Source of the DNA: Magnetococcales bacterium
GTDB lineage: Bacteria; Pseudomonadota; Magnetococcia; Magnetococcales; UBA8363
Direction of reading: 5' to 3'
Assembly (NCBI GenBank): GCA_015228815.1
Contig: JADGCV010000012.1
Location: forward strand, 26,749-90,748
DNA: 64,000 bases
The notes below the pieces were generated by a model, which was given only the letters and a program-made list of their open reading frames with translations, had not been told where the DNA came from and searched no databases. Position numbers and translations under genes: made by a program. Below, in pieces: positions 24,960-34,235 of this stretch. Position 1 is the stretch's first letter, and every line of letters starts with the position of its first letter.

Positions 24960-26140
24960 TTGATCGTCACATTCATTTTACCGGCGCCCTGCCGATGTGG
25001 TTTCTGGCGCATTGTGCGACACAACCCTGGGTTGGGCCCAGTGTGCGGGACCGTTTGATCGCCGCGGTGTGCGCCCATGACGGGGCGAGACATGCTTCCC
25101 TGACGGGAAAACGGTTGCAAAACTGGCTCAAAGGCTGGTTCGGCGCGGACCATCGGCGCAATTATTTCCGCTTTTTCGAGGTGTACGATCTTCTCCATGG
25201 CCTTGTGCATCCTCCTGGAGATGCGGAGCGTCGATTGGCCTTTCGGGAAGGGGCGGAAGCCTTGGCCATTGGCTTGGTTGGTGAGGGGGTCAGGGCATGT
25301 GAGTTGCTTGTCGGCCTGAAGCCAACCGTGGAACAGACGGTGGAGCGGATTCAGGCCATCATCGAGGGGTTTGAACGTTGCCGTCGGCGTCTGGGACGCA
25401 CTCCATCCCTGGGCTTGCGGCTGACGATGATCCGGACGGAGCATGGAGATTCCCCCGTCGTGACACCGGAACTCATGGAAGGTTTGTTCCTGGCCCTGGA
25501 GGAAACAACATCCTGGAGTCCGGCTGTCGTGGGTCTGGATCTGTGCGGCATTGAAAACCCGGAGCGGGCTGATGCGACATTTCGTATGATTGCGCTTTGG
25601 AACCAGTTGAACGAAATTCGTAGACGGCATGGTCGATCGGGGCTTTCCATTTCCGTGCATGCGGGCGAAAATATGACCAATGTGAGTTCTGATACCTATT
25701 TTGCATTTTTTGAAAAACTCTTGAATTTTCGGATCGATCGCATGATTCATGGGACCTTCCTGTGGATTTCACCCCGGAGCCTGGAACTTGACCGGGAAGA
25801 AACCCGGGCCAGGGAGGCGATTTTGGATGCCATTGCGAAACGTCGGTGGTCTTTCGACATCTGTCCCACATCGAATCTGCTGCTGACGCCTCTGGCTCGG
25901 GCCGATATTCCCGCTGGATTGGATCGGCTGCGCGCCCGCGCCATCGATTTTTCGGTCTGCACCGACAATCCGGCGATCCTGCAAACATCCCTGGCACGGG
26001 AGCATGAGCTGGCCATCCATGGAACAAGCGAAAGAGAGCCCTATGACACGTCAGACCACGATGGAGCGCGTATCGGAAGGGGTGGCCGGTTTGAACCGGC
26101 TTGCTGCCCGGTTGGGCGACCGTGCGCTGAAAAGGAATGA
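24956..26140 (+). CDS. Adenosine/AMP deaminase-fold metallo-hydrolase
   Basis: Motifs in canonical order: DRHIHFTG (HxH), SISVHAGE, DRMIHGTFL, ICPTSNLLL and VCTDNPAI. The start overlaps the upstream stop (ATGA). The 3-prime ~100 nt overlaps the next gene, so either that end or the next start is uncertain. Confidence 0.7.
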   Translation: MIDRHIHFTGALPMWFLAHCATQPWVGPSVRDRLIAAVCAHDGARHASLTGKRLQNWLKGWFGADHRRNYFRFFEVYDLLHGLVHPPGDAERRLAFREGAEALAIGLVGEGVRACELLVGLKPTVEQTVERIQAIIEGFERCRRRLGRTPSLGLRLTMIRTEHGDSPVVTPELMEGLFLALEETTSWSPAVVGLDLCGIENPERADATFRMIALWNQLNEIRRRHGRSGLSISVHAGENMTNVSSDTYFAFFEKLLNFRIDRMIHGTFLWISPRSLELDREETRAREAILDAIAKRRWSFDICPTSNLLLTPLARADIPAGLDRLRARAIDFSVCTDNPAILQTSLAREHELAIHGTSEREPYDTSDHDGARIGRGGRFEPACCPVGRPCAEKE

Positions 26141-26981
26141 TCAAGGATTTGCCAATCAGATCTTTCTGGGTGAGCGGTTCGTTTACAAATGCCACAAGAC
26201 TTCAGGCCAGGTCCCAACGGCCAAGCAGAAAAAGGAGGCGTTGGTTCTGCGTCATCTTGCCCAATGCCTGGATTGCTCCATGCGGTCTCTGGTGCCTGAA
26301 CTCATCCATGAGGAACAGGTTTCGGAGGACTACCATGTTGTCGTCCAGCAAAGGTTGACGGGATGCCCGCCAGAACGGTTGGACCAAACCCTGGCGGAAT
26401 CCCTCGGACGTTTTCTATCCGTACTCCACGCAATTCCCCAGGACCCTTGGATGGATGAATTCGAGGGCGAGGAACATCGCCAGACCTTCCGTGATTATCT
26501 TATTGATCAACCAATTCGCTTCGCCGAAAAACTCAATGCGTCCGAATTGGTGGATACGTCGGACCGGGCGTTGATCCGCCAGGCTGTGGACGCCATTACC
26601 TTTGCCGCTCGGAGGTTGTCCGATCCTGTGCCTCTGGTTTTGAACCACAAGGACTTGTTTGAAAGAAATCTGCTGCAACACAGGGGCCGGTTGACTGGAA
26701 TCATTGACTGGGACGCGGCGCAAACGGCTCCCAGAGAGTGGGAATTCGCAATTCTCAGGCAACGCATTCCCCAATTCTGGGAAGCGGCCCACGGATGTTA
26801 TGGCACGCCTGTCGATCCCCTGATCATGGACTGCTGTGCCCTGGCCCAAAGCCTGAGATTTTGGAAGTCCTTTCCGCATCATGCGGATTTTGCAGATGCC
26901 CAGAGGTGCCATATCCGCGATATTCTGAAAACATTCGTAACTGCCCAGGTACCCTCTCCCCGGTTTCCCCTGGTTCGATAA
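26043..26981 (+). CDS. Aminoglycoside-phosphotransferase (APH)-fold kinase
   Basis: ORF 26004..26981. Motifs: VYKCHK, LNHKDLFERNLL (HxDxxxxN) and GIIDWDAA. The start is uncertain (26004, 26043 or 26061). Confidence 0.7.
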   Translation: MTRQTTMERVSEGVAGLNRLAARLGDRALKRNDQGFANQIFLGERFVYKCHKTSGQVPTAKQKKEALVLRHLAQCLDCSMRSLVPELIHEEQVSEDYHVVVQQRLTGCPPERLDQTLAESLGRFLSVLHAIPQDPWMDEFEGEEHRQTFRDYLIDQPIRFAEKLNASELVDTSDRALIRQAVDAITFAARRLSDPVPLVLNHKDLFERNLLQHRGRLTGIIDWDAAQTAPREWEFAILRQRIPQFWEAAHGCYGTPVDPLIMDCCALAQSLRFWKSFPHHADFADAQRCHIRDILKTFVTAQVPSPRFPLVR

Positions 26982-27002
26982 ATTTCCGTCAAAGGAGCCT
27001 CT

Positions 27003-27992
27003 ATGAATTTGGATACGATTTGGCGCCCGGAGGAAAAGGTGTTGTATGACCGGTTGGTGGACGACCCGTTCTCCTCCCATTGGTGTATTTCCGATCTTTT
27101 GGCCCATTACCAACTCGATGGGCAGCCGGTTGAACCGGAGGCCATGGCTGGCACCGTCGAGATTATTGATAAGGTGTTGAATTATATCAATCAGCAACTT
27201 TCCCGGGATAACAATTGGATCGTTCCAAAACAACTATTGCGCGAAGGCTGTTTTCCACGCATTCGGCAAATGCGAGATGTCCATCAATTCGATGTTGGCA
27301 GCCACCTGGCATGTTGCCATGCTTTGGCCGTTCGCGGCGCTCCCGTCCATCTGTGCCGGACGCTCGGACACAATCGACTGGCCGATCGGTTGTACCAGAC
27401 CTGCGCTCGGGTGCCCGTCACGACGCTTGGGTTGACCGCTCTGTTTCACGATATATTCAAATGTTTACGCCCCCGCCGTCCCCTGCCCAGCAAAATGGGC
27501 GTGTTGGCCGATTTTGAATGGCAATTGCCCGATGGCACGTATCCCTCGTCCCAGATCCGGGAGGACGAGGGCGCCATTGCCAGTTCGGCGATGCCCTGCT
27601 TCGTCGCCGATGAGCGTGTGACCCGCCCGGCCATCCAGGCGATCCTGACAGGCAATCGAATGGGCCAACTGCTCTATTCCCGAATCAAGGAACATCCCCG
27701 AGACCATCTGGAATCCTTTGAACTTCGGCTCGACCAGTTGCTCACGGAACCGTGGGCATGGTTGGGGATTTACATGGGAATTGTGGATTGGCAGGGGAAA
27801 GGTTTGGCCCAGTATGTGGTGGCCACGCGGAAAAAAGCAGTCAGAAGTCTGCATGATGCCGGTGTCGAACTACTATCGGCCATCGAGGAACGTCTTTTAC
27901 GAATGGAATCAACACTTGGCGCACGCACAGGCATGAGACCGTTGGCAGGCCATGCTTCTGGCTGTGCTGTCTGTTCTCATGGGGAAATATGA
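27003..27992 (+). CDS. Hypothetical protein, possibly HD-type phosphohydrolase
   Basis: The only weak cue is GLTALFHDIFK (an HD dyad) after histidines in SHLACCH. The coding call rests on operon context and composition. Confidence 0.4.
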   Translation: MNLDTIWRPEEKVLYDRLVDDPFSSHWCISDLLAHYQLDGQPVEPEAMAGTVEIIDKVLNYINQQLSRDNNWIVPKQLLREGCFPRIRQMRDVHQFDVGSHLACCHALAVRGAPVHLCRTLGHNRLADRLYQTCARVPVTTLGLTALFHDIFKCLRPRRPLPSKMGVLADFEWQLPDGTYPSSQIREDEGAIASSAMPCFVADERVTRPAIQAILTGNRMGQLLYSRIKEHPRDHLESFELRLDQLLTEPWAWLGIYMGIVDWQGKGLAQYVVATRKKAVRSLHDAGVELLSAIEERLLRMESTLGARTGMRPLAGHASGCAVCSHGEI

Positions 27993-29263
27993 GCGTTCTG
28001 CTGTCTCATTGGTATGACCTGGCCCAATTCATGAGTGATCACGCCATCAAGGTGGTGGGGTTGGATTTGCGTGGCACCCTGGTTGATCCGCAACGAAAAG
28101 GTAACCTGTTCAAGGTCGCCCGGTCCATTCTGACAGGAGTTCCTCCGGCCCTGCTGGAATCCATCTGCCAAACCATTCCCGATCTTGTCATTCAACGCCA
28201 TGAACACGAGGAACAGGTCTGCGACTGGACCCTGATGACCTGTCTGGAATTGTTCGGGGAATTGCGGGTCCGGGGTGTTGAAACCGGAAACCTGGATTTG
28301 GAGCGCCTCTATTCGTTGATCGTGCGTGACTATTTCAGGGAAGCGCGGCATCTGGTGGATGACGACGCACTTGAGGCGCTGATTGCCGCCTGCAACGCGA
28401 TGAATATTGCGGTTCATATTGTCGCCGATGGCATGGCTTGGCGGGAGTCGGCCATCTTTCAGCAGTTATTCCCGGTCAGTTCCAGACGGATCGCCGGATT
28501 TTTCAGTTCCTCCATGGGGGGTATCAATAAACTGTCTCCACGTTACTACCAGGCATTTGCCGATGCCCTTGGCCTGCCGGTCCGCCACGTTCTGATCATC
28601 GGGGACCGGTTCGACAAGGATGTCGGCGTGGCCTTGAAAGCCGGGTGTCGGGCTTTGTTGATTGCGCCGGACCCGCGCGCTCCGTTGACGACCCCATCGT
28701 TAAACCATATTCTGCCAGGCATTTCCAGAAGCCATGATACGGGCGTGATCCTTGGGCGCTTCCAGCCGTTCCATCTGGAACATTTGCGCTATGCCCGGGC
28801 CGCCAGTCACAGGGCCAGAACGTTGATTGTGGGAATTACCCAGCCTTTCGGTGCCAACAGCGGCGAGCCGGGTCAGGAACGGACCAGGCCGGATCACAAT
28901 CCTTACCCCTATTGGTTGCGCGAACAGTGCGTTCGTCATGCCTTGTTCGAGGCCGGGATCCAGGTGCGAGCCATCCTGCCGTTGCCTTTGGATGTGGCGA
29001 GCCTGCAATCGGCCCTTGCCCCGGATACGCCCATTTTTACAACCGTCTTCGACCGTTGGGGTGAGGAGAAGGAGGCGCTCTTGCGGCAAAGTGGCTTTAG
29101 TGTGTACCGGCTTGAGGTGGGAGATAAAACCATCACCGGCAGTCAAGTCAGAGCGTTGGTCGAGAAACGTGACAACCGTTGGCGCACTTTCGTTCCCCCC
29201 GTGGTTGCCGAACGGTTTGGCGCGGCGATTGAAACGTATCTGATCAACGGGAGACGATCATAA
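27989..29263 (+). CDS. Fusion of a HAD-type phosphatase (N) and a GRFQPFH nucleotidyltransferase (C, NMN adenylyltransferase-like)
   Basis: VVGLDLRGTLVD (DxDxT-like) and IIGDRFDKDV mark the N-terminal half. GVILGRFQPFHLEHLRYARAA is a cytidylyltransferase-family H-x-x-H motif in the C-terminal half. The start overlaps the upstream stop (ATGA). Confidence 0.7.
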   Translation: MSVLLSHWYDLAQFMSDHAIKVVGLDLRGTLVDPQRKGNLFKVARSILTGVPPALLESICQTIPDLVIQRHEHEEQVCDWTLMTCLELFGELRVRGVETGNLDLERLYSLIVRDYFREARHLVDDDALEALIAACNAMNIAVHIVADGMAWRESAIFQQLFPVSSRRIAGFFSSSMGGINKLSPRYYQAFADALGLPVRHVLIIGDRFDKDVGVALKAGCRALLIAPDPRAPLTTPSLNHILPGISRSHDTGVILGRFQPFHLEHLRYARAASHRARTLIVGITQPFGANSGEPGQERTRPDHNPYPYWLREQCVRHALFEAGIQVRAILPLPLDVASLQSALAPDTPIFTTVFDRWGEEKEALLRQSGFSVYRLEVGDKTITGSQVRALVEKRDNRWRTFVPPVVAERFGAAIETYLINGRRS

Positions 29264-30561
29264 TGACGCATGCGTTTTGCGGCCTGGACTTCGGTACCAC
29301 CAATTCCACCATCGGGATTGTGAAGGAAAGGCCGTTGCTGGTTCCTCTGGAGGAGAATCATTCCTATATCCCCTCGGCGATTTTCATCGATGAGGCGTCG
29401 GGGGACTGGTCGTTTGGCCGGACGGCCATTGAAAAATACATGGAGGGTCATGACGGCAGGCTCATGACCTCGCTGAAAAGCCTGCTGGGTTCTTCGTTGA
29501 TGTCGGAAAAAACACTGGTTGGCCATCGGTATTATGCGTTCGAGGAAATCCTGGAAAAATTTCTGGGAATGATCAAATCCAGTGCCGAACGGACTCTCGG
29601 CCACCCGATCCACGATGTGGTCGTGGGACGTCCGGTCCATTTCAAGAACGACGCTCCCGATGCCGATCATCGCGCCCAGGAGATGCTTACCCGAATTCTG
29701 CGAACGATCGGGTTTGACCACATCGTTTTCATGTACGAACCCGTCGCCGCCGGGATGGTCTTTCATGCGGAGATACCCCAGGAGAATCACCTGTGTCTGG
29801 TCGTGGACATCGGAGGAGGAACCTCTGATTTTTCGGTCATCCAGGTTGAACCGCCCCGTGGGCAGGATGCATCGGGCGGATTCAAGGTTTTGGCCAGCAA
29901 TGGCATTCCCATCGCGGGCAATGATTTCGATCAGGAGATTAGCCTCCGGCTGGTGATGCCTCATTTGGGACTGGGGTCCACCGTAAAAAGTTTCAGTAAT
30001 CCGGCCATCCCCTTTCCGAAACATTTTTTTTACGACTTGTCGTCTTGGCGCTTGATCAATCGGTTATACAACAACGACACGATCGTGTCGTTGAAAGATC
30101 TGGTTCATGGTTCCAACGACAAGATCAGAACCGGTCGGTTGTTGAAAGTCATACAGGAGCGGCACGGGCATGCCATCAACAAGAGCGTTGAGGATCAAAA
30201 AAAAACTTTGTCCGATGCCGGTCCATCGCTGTTGAATCTCGAATATATCGCTGCGGATTTGCGTATTCCCATTGAGTCTGGCGAGGTCCATCAGGCAATC
30301 CACAACAGTTTGGCAAAAATCGTTACCATGGCAGAAAAGACGATCATGGATGCTGGCGTCCAGGCGCACCAGATTGATCAGGTTCTGTTCGTGGGTGGAT
30401 CGACAAAACTGCCCCTGGTTCAGGAACGCATCATGTCTCTGGTTCCAGAGGGCAAGAAGGTCATCAAGGAAGCCTTTGGCAGCATCGGTCTCGGATTGAC
30501 CCTGGCAGCGGCCAAACGGTTTGGACCCACCACAACTTTATGTGATGGTGACATCCGATGA
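29263..30561 (+). CDS. Hsp70/actin-fold ATPase (YegD-like)
   Basis: Motifs: FCGLDFGTTNSTIG, VVDIGGGTSDFSV and LFVGGSTKLPLV. There is no substrate-binding lid region. The start overlaps the upstream stop (TAATG). Confidence 0.8.
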   Translation: MTHAFCGLDFGTTNSTIGIVKERPLLVPLEENHSYIPSAIFIDEASGDWSFGRTAIEKYMEGHDGRLMTSLKSLLGSSLMSEKTLVGHRYYAFEEILEKFLGMIKSSAERTLGHPIHDVVVGRPVHFKNDAPDADHRAQEMLTRILRTIGFDHIVFMYEPVAAGMVFHAEIPQENHLCLVVDIGGGTSDFSVIQVEPPRGQDASGGFKVLASNGIPIAGNDFDQEISLRLVMPHLGLGSTVKSFSNPAIPFPKHFFYDLSSWRLINRLYNNDTIVSLKDLVHGSNDKIRTGRLLKVIQERHGHAINKSVEDQKKTLSDAGPSLLNLEYIAADLRIPIESGEVHQAIHNSLAKIVTMAEKTIMDAGVQAHQIDQVLFVGGSTKLPLVQERIMSLVPEGKKVIKEAFGSIGLGLTLAAAKRFGPTTTLCDGDIR

Positions 30562-30581
30562 CTTTACGATAAGGTGTCTTC

Positions 30582-32144
30582 ATGGCTTCATCAGTTGTAT
30601 TGGCTACACCGGCACCCATTTCCCATCGCACCGCGGAGGAAAATCTGGGACTGGCTTATTTGGCGGCGGTTCTACGGTCCCACGGCTTTCCCGTCGTGAT
30701 TCTGGATGCGTGGTTGTCGGGTTGGTCCGAGGAGGTCTTGTCGCAGCGGATCCTTGCTTGCGGCGAAATTCTTTGGATCGGTTTTTCCGCCTATCGTTCC
30801 AACATGGAACAGGCCATAAAAACAATCGACCTTTTGCGAGCAGCCGGTTTGACCGCTCCGGTGGTGGCGGGAGGATATGGTCCCACATTCCACACGGAAA
30901 CTTTTTTAAGGGCTGGGTTCGATTTTGTGGTTCGGGGGGAAGGCGAGTGGACGGCCCTGGATCTCACAAGACATTTCTTGACGGGTCATCCGCCTTTGGC
31001 GTTCATTCCCAACCTGTCCTTCCTTCAGGCGGGCCGGATCGTGGACACGCCCCACCGTCCGTTAATACAGGATCTGGATACGCTGCCGGATCCGGCTCGC
31101 GACACGATGCCCATGTCGATGGCACGGAAAAGTGCCATCCATATTGATTCCTCACGAGGATGCCATGGAAAATGCGTTTTTTGTTCGGTCACGTCCTTTT
31201 TTCATCTGGCACCGGGACGTCAGTGGCGGGAACGATCCATCGTTCGTTTTGTGGACGAGTTGGAACGGTTGACCCGGCGAGGCATTTCTTGTTTCAAGGT
31301 TTTGGATGACAGTTTTCTTGAGCCGCCGCGCGATCTTGCGTGGTGTCGCTCGCTGGCCGACGAGATTCAGTCGCGGGGGCTTGAGGTACAATTGCGTGGA
31401 TCTTTGCGTGCCGATCAGGTGACTGGTGAAATTGTCGGTGAACTCAAGAGGGCAGGCTTTTTTTCCTTTGCCTGTGGGATCGAAAATTTTTCCGACACGG
31501 CCCTCAAGCGCATGCGCAAGAGGGCCACAAAGCAAGAAAACCTTCAGGCTTTGGCCAGTTTCAAGGAACATGGCATTTATGTCCAGGCCGGTCACATCCT
31601 TTTTGATCAGGGCACGACCCTGTGCGAATTACAGGAAAACCTGGAGCAGATGCGGCAGACCATGTGGACATTAAGCAAGGGCATTTTTTCCATCATGTTT
31701 GCCGCCGATGGCACGCCCCTGGCCCATCGTTTGCGACGCCATGGCACTTTGTTGGAAGATCCACATGGTTTTGGCAACAATAACTACGATTTGGAAAATC
31801 CGGAGGTGTTGCCCGTCTATGAGGGATTGAGGCTTTGGCACAAGGCCCACAGCGTTACCTACGACAAAACAATGGATCCCCTGTCCGCTCCCAAGGCCAT
31901 CTCGCCGCAATGCCGGCGTGGTTTTCATGCGTTGTCTCTGGACTTGCGCCAACAGGATTTGGCAGTCATGTCACAATTGCTTGATTTGGCCATGGCGGAA
32001 CGACCGATGAAGGAGGTTTTAGCGTATGTCCACCAAACCATTCTGGACAAGCAGCCGTTTTATCGGGCATTGGAGGAAAAACTGGGGGCGTTGTATCGGG
32101 AAACCGGTTTGGTTTATGACGCTGCGGTCAATCCCTTCATCTGA
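30582..32144 (+). CDS. Cobalamin(B12)-binding-domain radical SAM enzyme
   Basis: An N-terminal Rossmann-like LGLAYLAAVLRSHGFPVVILD is followed by SSRGCHGKCVFCSV (CxxxCxxC). Confidence 0.8.
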   Translation: MASSVVLATPAPISHRTAEENLGLAYLAAVLRSHGFPVVILDAWLSGWSEEVLSQRILACGEILWIGFSAYRSNMEQAIKTIDLLRAAGLTAPVVAGGYGPTFHTETFLRAGFDFVVRGEGEWTALDLTRHFLTGHPPLAFIPNLSFLQAGRIVDTPHRPLIQDLDTLPDPARDTMPMSMARKSAIHIDSSRGCHGKCVFCSVTSFFHLAPGRQWRERSIVRFVDELERLTRRGISCFKVLDDSFLEPPRDLAWCRSLADEIQSRGLEVQLRGSLRADQVTGEIVGELKRAGFFSFACGIENFSDTALKRMRKRATKQENLQALASFKEHGIYVQAGHILFDQGTTLCELQENLEQMRQTMWTLSKGIFSIMFAADGTPLAHRLRRHGTLLEDPHGFGNNNYDLENPEVLPVYEGLRLWHKAHSVTYDKTMDPLSAPKAISPQCRRGFHALSLDLRQQDLAVMSQLLDLAMAERPMKEVLAYVHQTILDKQPFYRALEEKLGALYRETGLVYDAAVNPFI

Positions 32145-32392
32145 ATTGAAGTCCAACCATGTGTACCACACCTTCCGATGATTGCTTGGTGATCCAGCGT
32201 AACGAGGTCGGCAAACTTTTTGCCGCGATGAAGAAAGAAGGCAAGGTTGCCTCAGCGAAAATGTGTTATGATACGCCTGCCAGGTAAGGTCCGCCGTCAG
32301 GGCGTCCTGTTGTTTCCAGCCGCGCTTCGGCCCGAAAAGGGGTCACGGAAAGCGACGGCAACGACTTTTTTTTACAGAAAGATGATACCAAC

Positions 32393-32815
32393 ATGAAGGT
32401 CGAACCATATCTGTTTTTCGAGGGCCGTTGCGAGGAAGCCATCGACCTATACCGCCGTGTTCTCGGCGCCGAGGTGACGTTTCTCATGCGTTATCGGGAG
32501 AGCCCGGAACCCTCCGAGCATTGGCCCAACCCGGAGGCCGGCGACAAGGTCATGCATGCGAACCTGCGCCTGGGCGATACCATGGTGATGGTTTCCGACG
32601 GCCAGTGTGGTGGGAAGGCGGGCTTCGAGGGCTTCTCCCTGACTGTGTCCCTGGCCGATGTTGGGGAGGCCGAACGCATCTTCGCCGCCATGAGCGACGG
32701 CGGACAGGTGCGGATGCCTCTTGGAAAAACCTTCTGGTCTCCCTGTTTCGGCATGGTGACGGACCGTTTCGGGGTAGGATGGTTCATCGTGGTGCATGAA
32801 ACCATGGCCTGCTGA
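32393..32815 (+). CDS. VOC/PhnB-like glyoxalase-fold protein
   Basis: KVEPYLFFEGRCEEAIDLYRRVLGAEV ... VMHANLRLGD ... TFWSPCFGMVTDRFGVGW is the typical PhnB-family pattern. Confidence 0.8.
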   Translation: MKVEPYLFFEGRCEEAIDLYRRVLGAEVTFLMRYRESPEPSEHWPNPEAGDKVMHANLRLGDTMVMVSDGQCGGKAGFEGFSLTVSLADVGEAERIFAAMSDGGQVRMPLGKTFWSPCFGMVTDRFGVGWFIVVHETMAC

Positions 32816-32816
32816 G

Positions 32817-33215
32817 GCGTAACCGTTCAGACCCCTTCCCGTATTAAGATTATTGGTAACTGCCCAGGTACCCCCAGGGTCCAGAATTATTGAAAGAAAA
32901 AAGTGGTCTGGGGGATTGCCCCCAGGGTTTTGACTTTGTTTTTGATTTTGTTTTTCCACGCGCCCTTTTACCCGAAGCAAGATTCCCGCGTGATTTTTGC
33001 GGGAATCTTGCGTAGGCGTGCGCCTTGGTTTACCCTTCTTCGCGGTTTTTGCGAAGAAGGGTAAACGCCGTGCAGGTTGAAAGGCCTGAAAACGTGCAAT
33101 TCGCTTCGGGTGAAATGGCGCGTAAAAAACAAAATCAAAACCCTGGGGAAAATCCCTTAAGACTCCTTTTTTCTTTCAATAATTTTAATATGGGGAGGGG
33201 TCTGAACGGTTACGC
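32817..33215. mobile_element. MITE-like long palindromic element (399 bp) with 20-bp perfect TIRs and a 4-bp flanking duplication
   Basis: The TIR GCGTAACCGTTCAGACCCCT (32817-32836) pairs with AGGGGTCTGAACGGTTACGC (33196-33215). TGAG occurs immediately outside both ends (32813-32816 and 33216-33219). The arms are an extended imperfect inverted repeat, and there are two central hairpins (AAGATTCCCGCG..CGCGGGAATCTT and TTTACCCTTCTTCGC..GCGAAGAAGGGTAAA). Confidence 0.7.
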
Positions 33216-33266
33216 TGAGGCTGCGGGGGCAGGCCATTTAATCACGTTCAGCCGGGAGAAACGAAT

Positions 33267-33794
33267 ATGTCGTTGATTACGCTCCAGACACCGGAAACCA
33301 CCACGGGAAAAACCCGGGAAATCTTTGACATCATCGATCGGATGCTTGGGAGAATTCCCCATGCCATGCAGCTGTTCGGACACAATTCGATGCTGATGGA
33401 GTACATGAATAACCGGTTTGCCTACTACCACGGGCAACAGCAGGAGCTGACACCCGAGTTGATGCAGTGGATTCTCTACCTGAACGCTCATCGCAAGCAG
33501 TGTGTCTTCTGCATCGACTACAACAAGGGGCAACTCCTTGCGTCCGGTATTCAAGAGGAGACGCTGATCGCAGCCGTCTCCGATCCAGGTGTCACTCCCC
33601 TGTCGGAGAAGGAAAAGGCGATGCTGCTTTTCGCGCTGGATACGGCCAGGGACGACAAGTCGGCCACTCCTGACAGGATCGAACGCCTGCGCCAACTTGG
33701 CTACTCGGATACCGCCATTTTCAATGCGGTGGAATTCACCGCCTTTGGGACATTTTCAGACACGCTGCTCAACGTGTTCCAGGTGGAGACGTAA
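33267..33794 (+). CDS. Carboxymuconolactone decarboxylase (CMD)/AhpD-like family protein
   Basis: A 175-aa protein, MSLITLQTPETTTGKTREIF...NAHRKQCVFCIDYN. It is a paralogue of 34909..35436. Confidence 0.75.
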   Translation: MSLITLQTPETTTGKTREIFDIIDRMLGRIPHAMQLFGHNSMLMEYMNNRFAYYHGQQQELTPELMQWILYLNAHRKQCVFCIDYNKGQLLASGIQEETLIAAVSDPGVTPLSEKEKAMLLFALDTARDDKSATPDRIERLRQLGYSDTAIFNAVEFTAFGTFSDTLLNVFQVET

Positions 33795-33890
33795 CCTCCC
33801 CCACGGTCGCTCGATGGGGGATTTCTGATTTGATCGGGGAAACGCTTTCCTCGCCTCCAAACCAGGCGATGGCAGAGGTTCCATTTCGGG

Positions 33891-34232
33891 TTGCGCTTGC
33901 TGAAGGGTGGCAAGGCCGCCTCCATCCGGCCCATCGCCGAGCAGGAGAAAATCGACTCGTCCTGCGTGGCCACGGCGCCGCGCCTTGCTGGCCCTCGACA
34001 ATCGGCCTGGAATGCCGCTTTGGATCGACCGGAGGCAGGCCCGAAGGACGCTGGCATGGATGACCAGCGTCACATCATCAAGGCCATTCTCGCTGACCTC
34101 CAGACCGACGTCATGACCTGGCGGGAACTGGCCAGGCCGTTTCCCATGGAGACCGAATCCTCGCCCTGCGTGCTCCTGGAAGGCGGTCACCCGCTTCCGC
34201 CATGGCAACCATTCGGTCAACTATTCCATTGA
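33891..34232 (+). pseudogene. Possible remnant of a recombinase-associated HTH/C-terminal domain
   Basis: LRLLKGGKAASIRPIAEQEKIDSSCV ... RHIIKAILADLQTDVMTWRELARPFPME resembles the pattern (S..IAE.EGI..SYVSR...LA.LAPDIV.AIL.G.QP..L....L...FP..W) seen in proteins linked to serine recombinases. The middle is disrupted and no catalytic domain lies upstream. Confidence 0.3.
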
Positions 34233-34235
34233 CAG

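Noticed and set aside
22615-30369. Minus-strand ORFs 22815..23729 (304 aa), 23853..24683, 24914..25750, 25473..26195, 26415..27233, 27977..28417, 29143..30024 and 30064..30369
   Set aside because: They are antisense to the eight coupled plus-strand genes, which carry clear family motifs. The minus frames have none.
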